Virus record (IMG/VR): IMGVR_UViG_3300038379_000594
Location: 1 to 37,036 of that record
Reading direction: 5' to 3' (one strand)
Length of the DNA stretch: 37,036 nucleotides
Source of the DNA: a virus
Lineage: Duplodnaviria > Caudoviricetes
The first letter of the stretch is position 1, and each line of letters opens with the position of its first letter. Under the pieces are notes generated by a model. The model searched no databases. It was not told the origin of the DNA and saw only the letters and a program-made list of their open reading frames with translations. Position numbers and translations under genes: made by a program. Positions 6,470-15,242 of the stretch are shown one piece after another.

Positions 6470-9400
6470 ATGGACAACAAAATTGGTGGGCGTTTCTATC
6501 TTGAAAAAGGTTTGAGTTACGACAGTATTTTTCCTGAGGATAAATCAGGGGACGGCGGTCTTTGGGATTCGGAGATTAAAGCTTTCTTAGATGCTCACAC
6601 GTTAAAAGGTACGATGTTCAATGACGATTGGGTTTTTATCGTTTTAGACCTTGTGTCTGATCACGTAGCCTCTTGCCCTTTAGTCGTCAAACGCAAGACT
6701 GTTGTAGGGGGGAAAGAAATTTGGGAATTGGACTCAAATCATTCAGTAAATAAATTGTTGGAGAATCCCAACCCGTTTCAAGATTACCACTCGTTTATGT
6801 ATAACTACACAATTGAATACAATTTGATGGGCAACGCCATTAATTGGTTTCCTCCGAGCAATTCCTTGCTGATCACTATTCCAGCTGAGAACGTCATTTT
6901 AGACTTTGACGGATCAGGTAATTTGATTCGCTATCTGATCAATCTCCACAATCCATTACCTTTGGATTCAAAAGATTTGAAGTTCGGTAAGGCTCCAACA
7001 GTTGTAATCTCGAAAGACGAGATCTTACACCAACGCAGACCGAACCCTGCAAGTTTTGTGTGGGGTCTTAGTCCGTTTATACCCACGAGAAAGTCGATTC
7101 TGTTCAATCGCTACACTCAAGACTACCTAAACTCGTTCTATCTAAAGGGAGCGACTCCTGGGCTTATTTTGACCGTAGACAAGGCGGTATCAGAGCAAAC
7201 CTCTTTACGGCTTCTCAGATCGATGGAGTTGGCCCATACAGGCCGTAGGAATCAGAGACGAGCTATGGTGCTGCCCAAAGGTGTAGAAGCCGAGAATCAT
7301 ACTCCGACAATCGCAGATCAAAAACTTATCGAGCTTGACGAATCGAATCGGAATAAAATCCTAAACGCTCTCAAAGTCCCAAAGCACGCAGTATCGTTAG
7401 CTGAATCTGGGAGTCTTGGAAGTCAAGAAGCTAAGCAAGCCGTCAAGTTCTTCTTTCAGTCAGCAATAATCCCGACCCAAAAGAAAATAGCGGCGCATTT
7501 AACTAAAGAGTTCCGCAACAGAGGGATTTTGACAGAAGACGAGGTCCTTTGCTTTGACACCTCGCATATCGAAGCTCTGCAAGAAGATCTAAGGGCTAAA
7601 GCAGAACTAGGTGCGCTACTCAAAGACCAGTGGACTCTAAACGAGATTAGGGAGCTCTGGAATAAGCCAGCGCTGGACGGAGGAGACAACCTACCTGGGA
7701 GCTATCCATTACCCCAGGAGGCCCCTAGCGATGATCCTAGCGATCCTGATGGGGTGTCAGAGGATTCAGAGGACTCCAAGCCGGAAGATGAGGAGGTATC
7801 TGATTCAGAGGAGGACAAGTCATTAGGGTTATCAAACTTACAGATTATAAACTCTGGTTTGAGAATCGACTCGGGAGCGGGAGCGCCACAACTTCTTGTC
7901 TGCTTCAAGAGTAATCGACAGTCGGGGGGGATTAATTCGGGTGCCCCCGAAATTATTTTTGCCCCGTCCCTCGACGACCCCACTTTCCTAATTCTCCGAA
8001 GCGGGAGTCGGGGGGAGGAAATGGGAAAGGGAACCCTTCCCATAATAGAGGGTGACCCCCTATACACCTTTTTTGAAAACAATATAAAATCGTTCACTCG
8101 GTCTAAAAGGGTCCTAAAAAAAGGCTTTACCCCCCAAAAAAGTGTGCAAAAAATAGGCAGAGGAAAAAAAAGGTGTGGGAGTGACACACCTAATTTTCTG
8201 GAGGATCTTTTTTGGAAATACTCTGAACCCCCTTTTCGATCAAAATCAGAATTAAATGCAAAAATTGATTTAAATGACGAAAAACCTAACCCATTGATTT
8301 TACAGAGAGCTGAAAATTTGCAAATAATTGGTGCATTATTCAAAGAGGAGATGAATTATTCCAAAAAGTACCTTCAGTACTATTCGAAGGTCAAAACGGC
8401 GCATGTTCTTGACAAGATTTCACAACTTTTCGATATACAACGCTATAACATATTGAATTATGTAGTGAATATGTTAAACGAGTCTGAAAAATTAGACCCG
8501 TCAAAATCGTCAAATAATGTCAAATCAAACACTTACTTCGTTGTGAAGAATTGTCAACAGGTGCGTTTTTCTTGTTTACGTCATTATGTATGGGAAAATT
8601 CTCATAACGTGTTGATTTTAGAGGATGGAAGTATCGCTAAAAACGAACAATTTTTCGATGAAAATTTGTATGGTCTTGTCAAGACTACGATATACAACGG
8701 TTTTCAATTTCTGCAAAATACGGAAGATACTGAGAAAATAATTTTTCGTTATTTTTATGCCAAATCTCCAAATTTTGAGGCCGAAAATTCTCAAAATCTG
8801 GAAGATTCGGATAATACAGGGAGGAAAATTTTTAATTACGACTTTGCCAAATCCCAGGAATTGGACAAAAATGTAAACTTTTTTGTACAAAAACACGTTC
8901 AAAGCTGTAATGTTTCGGAATCATTAAAGGATAGGGTGTGGATAACTCTCGAAAATCGAGAGCCTGTATGGTACGTCAAATTTTCCAAGTTGCTCGACCT
9001 ACAAAATAAGGGGTCAGCACTAACTGAGGGTGTCGAATTATGTCCAACTTTGTACCCAAAAGATGCACCAAACCTCATAGAAAGCGGTTTTAAAACTTTC
9101 TATGATTTTAATCTACAGTTTAAAGATATAACCGAAAGCGATTTAGAGGGGTTGTTGACCGACGAGGAGGAGGAATTACTCGCTTCTGAATTATTTTTGA
9201 GTCGAATTAATTTAATTCCGGAAAACAAAATCTCCGAATTAAATTCAATTTTAGAAAAAGCCGGATCTGAAATTCCTAAAAAGACTCCTCCGGCTTCCAA
9301 AATTCGCAGACAATTGTTGCGGGAATTGGAAAAAGACACTGCTGACATCGAAAAAGGAATTTTGGAGGATTTATTTCCGCTGGTCGAGAGCTCCTACAAC

Positions 9401-9979
9401 GTGCAATTAACCCCGATTTTGAAAAATCAGCAAAATGCTGAGGCTGTGCTGGCATTAAAAATTCGGGATTCGGAAGATCGCAGGTCAATTTTGTCTGCTC
9501 GCGGGTTAGAGACTTTTGCAAATATCTCCAGAACCACAACCAACGCAATTCTGGGAATTATTCAACAGGGGGTAAAAGATCAGGCTACTATCGACCAAAT
9601 ATCTTCCGCGATAGCATTTTATTTCCGAGAAATTACTCCTGCTAGATCTCTAACAATTGCTAGAACTGAGGTTTTAACAGCAATTTCACTAGGTAAAGCT
9701 GCTGCGACGGAAAACATGATTGAGGCATTTAAAGGGGAGGAAATATTTAAAGTCTGGTTGTCTGCAGGTGACGCAAGAGTAAGGGATTCCCACGTTCAAT
9801 TAGATGGAGATATTAAATTGGTGGAAGACCCGTTCGACAACGGGTTACAATTTCCGAGAGATCCATCAGGTCCTCCAGAAGAAACAATTAATTGTCGGTG
9901 CGATTTTTTGACTGTACCGGAATCCGAATTGCAGGATTTAAATTTAAATCCGTCGGATCTGCAGCTAGATAATTTGTAG
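6470..9979 (+). CDS. HK97-family portal fused to Mu gpF/SPP1 gp7-like head morphogenesis domain, with long insertions
   Basis: Portal motifs LLENPNPFQ, MGNA, GLSP, GATPG, TLNEIR...GGD. C-terminal RSLTIARTE, KVWLSAGDARVRDSH, PRDP...ETINCRC. GAGGT RBS favours ATG 6470 over 6458. Confidence 0.9.
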   Translation: MDNKIGGRFYLEKGLSYDSIFPEDKSGDGGLWDSEIKAFLDAHTLKGTMFNDDWVFIVLDLVSDHVASCPLVVKRKTVVGGKEIWELDSNHSVNKLLENPNPFQDYHSFMYNYTIEYNLMGNAINWFPPSNSLLITIPAENVILDFDGSGNLIRYLINLHNPLPLDSKDLKFGKAPTVVISKDEILHQRRPNPASFVWGLSPFIPTRKSILFNRYTQDYLNSFYLKGATPGLILTVDKAVSEQTSLRLLRSMELAHTGRRNQRRAMVLPKGVEAENHTPTIADQKLIELDESNRNKILNALKVPKHAVSLAESGSLGSQEAKQAVKFFFQSAIIPTQKKIAAHLTKEFRNRGILTEDEVLCFDTSHIEALQEDLRAKAELGALLKDQWTLNEIRELWNKPALDGGDNLPGSYPLPQEAPSDDPSDPDGVSEDSEDSKPEDEEVSDSEEDKSLGLSNLQIINSGLRIDSGAGAPQLLVCFKSNRQSGGINSGAPEIIFAPSLDDPTFLILRSGSRGEEMGKGTLPIIEGDPLYTFFENNIKSFTRSKRVLKKGFTPQKSVQKIGRGKKRCGSDTPNFLEDLFWKYSEPPFRSKSELNAKIDLNDEKPNPLILQRAENLQIIGALFKEEMNYSKKYLQYYSKVKTAHVLDKISQLFDIQRYNILNYVVNMLNESEKLDPSKSSNNVKSNTYFVVKNCQQVRFSCLRHYVWENSHNVLILEDGSIAKNEQFFDENLYGLVKTTIYNGFQFLQNTEDTEKIIFRYFYAKSPNFEAENSQNLEDSDNTGRKIFNYDFAKSQELDKNVNFFVQKHVQSCNVSESLKDRVWITLENREPVWYVKFSKLLDLQNKGSALTEGVELCPTLYPKDAPNLIESGFKTFYDFNLQFKDITESDLEGLLTDEEEELLASELFLSRINLIPENKISELNSILEKAGSEIPKKTPPASKIRRQLLRELEKDTADIEKGILEDLFPLVESSYNVQLTPILKNQQNAEAVLALKIRDSEDRRSILSARGLETFANISRTTTNAILGIIQQGVKDQATIDQISSAIAFYFREITPARSLTIARTEVLTAISLGKAAATENMIEAFKGEEIFKVWLSAGDARVRDSHVQLDGDIKLVEDPFDNGLQFPRDPSGPPEETINCRCDFLTVPESELQDLNLNPSDLQLDNL
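8287..8617. promoter_or_regulatory. cluster of IHF-consensus sites inside the portal gene
   Basis: WATCAANNNNTTR matches at 8287-8299 (-), 8523-8535 (+) and 8605-8617 (-); one-mismatch copy at 8446-8458 (-). Confidence 0.55.
8718..8855 (+). repeat. imperfect direct repeat, 87 nt period
   Basis: atacggaagatac...atttttcgtta...tgccaaatc vs attcggataatac...atttttaatta...tgccaaatc. Confidence 0.6.
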
Positions 9980-10014
9980 GAATTAATTAAATTCAAAAAT
10001 AAAGGGCTCGAAAA

Positions 10015-11493
10015 ATGAAAAAGATTTCCCTGGATTTTAGTCCGACTGAAGTTAAATCAGAAGGAAAGTCTGTAATTATCGAAGGTTACGCGAATAAAGC
10101 AATTATTGATCGAGGAAACGATTTAATTCCGGGTAATGCTTGGAAGCTCGAAGAATTCAAAACTAATCCGATTATATTTTTTAATCACGATCGAAATTGT
10201 CCGATAGGGAAAGCTATCGAAGTTAAATCTGACGAAAATGGGCTGTATTGCAAAATTCAAATTTCGAAAAGTCAGGCCGCTCCAATTCCCTATGTGCGGG
10301 ATATGATCAGTGAAGGAATCTTACGCACGTTTTCTGTCGGGTTTGATCCTTGTAATTCTGAATCTCGACGGGAAGACGGGGTAAATTTAATCTCCACTGC
10401 CAATTTGCTGGAGATTTCTGTCGTAAGTATCCCCATGAACCAGGCTTCGATTTTTGATTTATCGAAAGCTCTGACGACTAAGTCCCTCAAAGAGATTAAA
10501 GACTATCACTCGGCTTGTGCTAGGGTGGTAAGCGAAAAGGGGTGCCACATGGCGGAAATTCTCCATTCCTCTATCGCTCATGCGCAAAGCCGGGTGGAGG
10601 GATTTGACAAGATCGCGTCATTAAATCGAGTTGCCGAATTGTCTGGATTATCAATGCAGATGGTTTTGGATATTTTGGCAGGTGTCGTAACTCCGGTCCC
10701 GGAAGAATTTATCAAAGCTTTCTCGCAAGTTTTTTTGATGGCTACAGATATGCTGCGATTCATTGCAGGTGACGAATATCAAAATTACGGGGCTGAGTCA
10801 GTTGACCGATCAGAGAAAAAGGTGGAGCAAGACAGCGAGGGTGAAAATCAACAGACTGCAAAGTCCGGTAATCAGGAAACTGATGGGTGCGACGAGGAGG
10901 AAGGGTGTCACGAAGAAGATAAAGAAAATGCCGAGGACGAAAAGACTGTGGAGCAGGCGGAGGAGCAAAGCGAAAAATCTCATATTCGTGACCCCCTGGA
11001 TAGCATTACTGATTTTCTTCTTCACAATATTGTAACTCGAAAAGGTTTTGTGGATTGTAAGGAAATCGATTTCGAGGTTATATCTTTTCTGCAAAGAAAT
11101 CCTGAATACCGTTCGAGAGGTAAGGAGTTATTAGTAAAGCTAGACTCAAAGTGTAAACAAGCGGACCAGGGGTCTGAAGTTTCTGCTGCGGTCTCAACCC
11201 CCGTCGCACCGCAAGCCACCGAGATGGATTTCGGATCACCGCACCTTGACTTAATGAAATCCCAGTTAGCTTTGGCAGGTTCATTAGTATCTATATCTAA
11301 GGAAATTTTAGAAGCGATCAGGGATCTGAAGAATTCGGGGGTTGCAACAGCTCAAAGCTCAAGCGATAATAATCCCAAGACCGATAATCCCCAATCGTCC
11401 CCCGTGTTGCGATCTAATGATCTTGATAAAGTATCAAAAATGGTTGAGAATTTTGAACTTCGGATTAAGAAATTGTCTAAAAAATCTTCTTGA
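10015..11493 (+). CDS. HK97-family prohead protease with long C-terminal extension
   Basis: IEGYAN, DRGND, FFNHD, FSVGF, LLEISVVSIPMN; then HTH-like, acidic and coiled-coil segments. Confidence 0.92.
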   Translation: MKKISLDFSPTEVKSEGKSVIIEGYANKAIIDRGNDLIPGNAWKLEEFKTNPIIFFNHDRNCPIGKAIEVKSDENGLYCKIQISKSQAAPIPYVRDMISEGILRTFSVGFDPCNSESRREDGVNLISTANLLEISVVSIPMNQASIFDLSKALTTKSLKEIKDYHSACARVVSEKGCHMAEILHSSIAHAQSRVEGFDKIASLNRVAELSGLSMQMVLDILAGVVTPVPEEFIKAFSQVFLMATDMLRFIAGDEYQNYGAESVDRSEKKVEQDSEGENQQTAKSGNQETDGCDEEEGCHEEDKENAEDEKTVEQAEEQSEKSHIRDPLDSITDFLLHNIVTRKGFVDCKEIDFEVISFLQRNPEYRSRGKELLVKLDSKCKQADQGSEVSAAVSTPVAPQATEMDFGSPHLDLMKSQLALAGSLVSISKEILEAIRDLKNSGVATAQSSSDNNPKTDNPQSSPVLRSNDLDKVSKMVENFELRIKKLSKKSS

Positions 11494-11509
11494 AAGGGAG
11501 AATAGAAAA

Positions 11510-12922
11510 ATGAGTGAAAAACCCTCGAAGGACTTGGATAGTCGTCTAGCCAAAATCGAAGAGACTCTAGAGATCCAAGAAAAACAAGCCGAGTCTCAGA
11601 CTGCTGCTGCTTTGACGAGTGGCATAAATGCAGGTCAAGCTGGCCAAGTAGTGGGGAATCGTAGTAATTCTATGGAATCTCGTTGTCTACAAGCTTTTGG
11701 AGTTAGCAATCCTGAGAAATTGCTGACTCTCAACGTAGGTCGTCCTGCTTTCGCAGGGGTTGATATCGGCTACAAAGAGATGGTGAGGTCTTACAAAGAA
11801 GCGGTAGACGTTTCTCGATTCATCGCTCAAATTTTCTACCGCGACAATCTTGACATTGAAGCTCGTAGAGGAAGTAAAGATCAGCAAGAACAAAACGCTC
11901 AGGTAAAAAACATTCTGAATTCCCATTTCGCTAAAGACCATTTGATACCAATGCTTAAAGCTTTCGGCACTACTGTAGCAGGTGGCGGTCTTGAGTGGAT
12001 ACCTACAGCAGTAGCGGTCCAGTACGTTGAAGAGTACGAGCTTGAGAAGAAAGTAGCTAACTTCTTCCGTGAAATGCCTATGCCGACCAACCCTTTCAAA
12101 CTGCCTGTCCAAACTGGTGTAACAGTTGCACGTCTTGCGACTGAAGGTGTAGCAATGACAGGTTCTAACTTCAATACAACTAATATCACTTTCGATTCTC
12201 GAAAACTCGGGGAGTTTTATCCTCTGTCTGAAGAATTGAACGAGGATTCTGCACCTGCAATCCTAGCTCTTGGCCGTATGGAAGTTGCGGAAGCTCAGAT
12301 CCGTGCTCGTGAGACTGTCATTTTGAACGGTGATGACACCGGGACACACATGGACAACGACGTAACTGCAGCCGATGACGCTCGTAAGTTGCGTAAAGGT
12401 CTACGTAAATTGGCGCTTGCTAACTCTGCAAACGGCTCAGTAGTAACTTTCTCTTCAGCTGTTACTACTGCAAAGCTTGACGAGATGCGAGCAGCGATGG
12501 GTAAGTTCGGTGTGAATGTTCGTGATCTTGCCTATATCTTCTCCCCGACAACTTACAATCAAGCGGTTAATTTGCCAGAAGTTACGAGTGTTGAAAAATT
12601 TGGACCTCAAGCTACAATCTTGTCCGGAACTCTTGCAGCTTTCAGGGGTATTCCAATCATGACTTCTGAGTTTGTACGTGAAAACGTAGCGGCGACCGGA
12701 GTCAACACTCTTGCAGGTCCAAACACCAAGGGTTTGGTGTACCTAGTAAATGCTCGTCGGTTTTGGGTTGGTGTTCGCCGACCTATCGTTGTACGAGTAC
12801 AGCAAGATCTTCCGGACCACGACCGTTATTTGTTGGCAAGTTATAGTAGGATTGACTTTAAAGGTCATGAGCAGAATGCTAACGAAGTTTCTACGGTTCT
12901 GGGTATCGATGTCACGCTATAA
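11510..12922 (+). CDS. major capsid protein (HK97 fold)
   Basis: GGGAG RBS before MSEKPSK; GGLEWIP, LSEELNEDS, ILNGD, FRGIPI; follows the protease. Confidence 0.92.
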   Translation: MSEKPSKDLDSRLAKIEETLEIQEKQAESQTAAALTSGINAGQAGQVVGNRSNSMESRCLQAFGVSNPEKLLTLNVGRPAFAGVDIGYKEMVRSYKEAVDVSRFIAQIFYRDNLDIEARRGSKDQQEQNAQVKNILNSHFAKDHLIPMLKAFGTTVAGGGLEWIPTAVAVQYVEEYELEKKVANFFREMPMPTNPFKLPVQTGVTVARLATEGVAMTGSNFNTTNITFDSRKLGEFYPLSEELNEDSAPAILALGRMEVAEAQIRARETVILNGDDTGTHMDNDVTAADDARKLRKGLRKLALANSANGSVVTFSSAVTTAKLDEMRAAMGKFGVNVRDLAYIFSPTTYNQAVNLPEVTSVEKFGPQATILSGTLAAFRGIPIMTSEFVRENVAATGVNTLAGPNTKGLVYLVNARRFWVGVRRPIVVRVQQDLPDHDRYLLASYSRIDFKGHEQNANEVSTVLGIDVTL

Positions 12923-12974
12923 TCGATTCGATTAGTCATTGGTCTAATTCTCCCGTGACTTATTGATGTGCTGG

Positions 12975-12998
12975 GCCTACCCAAAGGGTAGGCTTTTT
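12975..12998 (+). terminator. rho-independent terminator after the capsid gene
   Basis: GCCTACCC-AAA-GGGTAGGC followed by TTTTT. Confidence 0.85.
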
Positions 12999-13054
12999 AA
13001 TTCCCGATTTGCTACTTTAGACTATGGTCTAAGCAAACTTTACGGGAGGGGGTT

Positions 13055-13915
13055 TTGTCAAAAATTACACTACTCAATGAATTTCAAAGTGAAGATATTT
13101 TCCCCCTTCGAACACCTGAGGGTTTGGCTGTATCGAGATCTCCCGGAACTTATTTAAAAACTTCAAGGATTCAAGGTAACTCTATTCTTTCCAGTCTCTT
13201 TATAAAGTCTCTCGACCCCGGAGCTTCGGTCACAATCAATTATTTTGATAATACGACTGGGGATTTATTTGGAGAACGATACGATTTAGAGTCTCACGGC
13301 ACTCAAACTGTGGCCGGGTCTACAGACAGGATTACAGTGACTCGAATCCACAATAAGCCGATTTGCGAAGCTATTGTGGCTGGAGGGAATGCGGAGTTCG
13401 GCGTCTATATCACTGTTGTAAGTTCTTTTGCCTCTGAGCTTGATAGGGCTTTAGTGAATGAAGGTCAGTTAGCCGTTCCGAGCAATCAAGGAATTCCTGT
13501 CGTCTGTTACGATGAGTCGACCAATAAATTTTTCTTTCTACGCTGTACAGATGGAAAGATAAGTGTTTCTGATGTATTAGGCTCCCCTGGAGTATTTGCG
13601 GGGTCGTTTGTGTCCACTCCTGGATTTTTGCAAACCCCCTTTTCCGTCACAGTTCCGGGGGGTAAAAAATATCATTTAGTAAGGAATCGATTAGTTTGTA
13701 GGTCTCATAGCAGTTATGAAATCTTAATAGATGGGTCGGCTGTAGGTTCGGGAGCTACAGGCCCAGGGTATCCAGTTGACGATTTGCAATTCCATCCGAT
13801 CAACTCGGTAGCAAATGCTGGCCAGTTGATAGAGATCCAATTTAAAACGCTAGTTGGTGGAGGACCAGTGATTGGAGTAGACTATCAATTAAGATATTCG
13901 AGTGAAGACGTCTAA
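13055..13915 (+). CDS. putative virion structural protein (beta-rich)
   Basis: GGGAGG RBS, TTG start, Gly/Ser/Thr/Val-rich, follows the capsid gene. Confidence 0.6.
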   Translation: MSKITLLNEFQSEDIFPLRTPEGLAVSRSPGTYLKTSRIQGNSILSSLFIKSLDPGASVTINYFDNTTGDLFGERYDLESHGTQTVAGSTDRITVTRIHNKPICEAIVAGGNAEFGVYITVVSSFASELDRALVNEGQLAVPSNQGIPVVCYDESTNKFFFLRCTDGKISVSDVLGSPGVFAGSFVSTPGFLQTPFSVTVPGGKKYHLVRNRLVCRSHSSYEILIDGSAVGSGATGPGYPVDDLQFHPINSVANAGQLIEIQFKTLVGGGPVIGVDYQLRYSSEDV

Positions 13916-13929
13916 ATAACTGGAGGGGA

Positions 13930-14499
13930 GTGATGTCTCTAACTAATTATAAAGTGCAAGCTTTTCCTATACTTGAAGATTTAGCCAATAATGCAGGTGT
14001 CCCGGTACATAAAGCACTTGAAGGTGCTACGGTCACCGGGAAAAATGCGATCCCGGGATTGGTCGCCAAAGATCCTTCCGGCAATTTCAAATACCTGGAG
14101 ATCGACCAATTTGGACAGTTAAAGGTAACTTCTCAGGCTTTGGACTTTGCGTGTTTGTCAGCTACAGACAAAGTGACTGGCGGTACTTCCGAGCAAGAAG
14201 TCTTGGCGATTGTCCTCCAGCAAAATACTGAGTATAAGGATATCGGTTTTATATGTTCGAATTTCCGACAATCTGAGTTCAGAATTGTCTGGGTTGCGGA
14301 TGTTGGTGTTACAGATGTCGAAACTGAATTGGCGACTTTGTTAGTTGGTCCTGGAGATTATACCCAGATTTCCGATGGGATGAGTTGCTTGGATTTCACT
14401 AGTGGTGGGACTGGCGTCCAAGAACTTCGAGTTTACGGCACTAATAAAGATGTAGCTTCAGATTTACGAGCTACTTTGACAGTTAAAGAAATCCAATAA
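13930..14499 (+). CDS. putative virion structural protein (beta-rich)
   Basis: GGAGG RBS; composition and late-operon position. Confidence 0.6.
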   Translation: MMSLTNYKVQAFPILEDLANNAGVPVHKALEGATVTGKNAIPGLVAKDPSGNFKYLEIDQFGQLKVTSQALDFACLSATDKVTGGTSEQEVLAIVLQQNTEYKDIGFICSNFRQSEFRIVWVADVGVTDVETELATLLVGPGDYTQISDGMSCLDFTSGGTGVQELRVYGTNKDVASDLRATLTVKEIQ

Positions 14500-14558
14500 T
14501 CCAGGTTTTCAACGGGTTGCGTACGGAAATTCAATAACAATATTGGGGGATTATAACT

Positions 14559-14744
14559 ATGTTACACTTCTACCGTGCGGGTTTTCGAAGTGGGATTATG
14601 AAGATTAATTGGGTTGTGGCAGGTGTTTCTGGGACCATGGGACTGCGAGCTTCTGTTAACGACACCGATATTGATTTCGGCAGTCAGGAAATTGCAGATG
14701 CGGTTCTTTTGAAGTATCCTAGTTTCTTCACAGAGATAGTTTAA
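14559..14744 (+). CDS. small hypothetical protein
   Basis: GGGGGA RBS; resembles the N-terminus of 14838..15242. Confidence 0.55.
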   Translation: MLHFYRAGFRSGIMKINWVVAGVSGTMGLRASVNDTDIDFGSQEIADAVLLKYPSFFTEIV

Positions 14745-14837
14745 GATTGTAAGTTAGTATGGGATATTCCAAGTCGATTCATTTGAGGCTTGCATGAATT
14801 TGCAGGCTCATTTCTCCGTTTTTTTTGGGGTTGAGTA

Positions 14838-15242
14838 GTGAAATTATTTTTCGCACGTGAAGATCTTCTAAGCGGGGCTATGGCTATCGAAGATATTCAT
14901 CCGTCGGGGTACACAATCAAATGGATGTTGGGTCGTGATGCACTCTATAAATCCATACCCTTTTATTCCCCCGATTATGTGAAGAATAAATACTCCGGGT
15001 TCTTCTGCGAAGAGAAAGAACTTCTTATTTTGCAAGGCCAAAACGCTAAAAGAAAATACGACTATCTAATCTCTCAAGCGAATGCTGCAACGCAGGATGC
15101 CGAACAGAGTCTTAAGATACCGGATAAAGAACTTGCAGAGAAATTTACCTTGAAAGCTGAGAATCTGAAGAAAGTAGCTAAAGCTGTCTCTGAAACAAAA
15201 GAGTTTCTAGCGTATTTAGACGCTACTTTAGGCGAGTATTAA
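14838..15242 (+). CDS. hypothetical protein with helical C-terminus
   Basis: ORF whose TAA abuts the next ATG. Confidence 0.65.
   Translation: MKLFFAREDLLSGAMAIEDIHPSGYTIKWMLGRDALYKSIPFYSPDYVKNKYSGFFCEEKELLILQGQNAKRKYDYLISQANAATQDAEQSLKIPDKELAEKFTLKAENLKKVAKAVSETKEFLAYLDATLGEY

Noticed and set aside
7702-8343. 213 aa antisense ORF across the portal insertion
   Set aside because: Ser-rich shadow of the acidic sense frame; no RBS or motif
7820-9270. Intein or self-splicing intron as the explanation of the portal insertion
   Set aside because: No intein terminal motifs, no LAGLIDADG/HNH/RT motif, and no recognisable group I/II core by eye; not formally excluded
11342-11509. N-terminal extension of the capsid ORF in the track
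   Set aside because: Overlaps the protease gene; the RBS supports ATG 11510
12963-13157. 64 aa ORF after the capsid gene
   Set aside because: Runs through the terminator and overlaps the next gene
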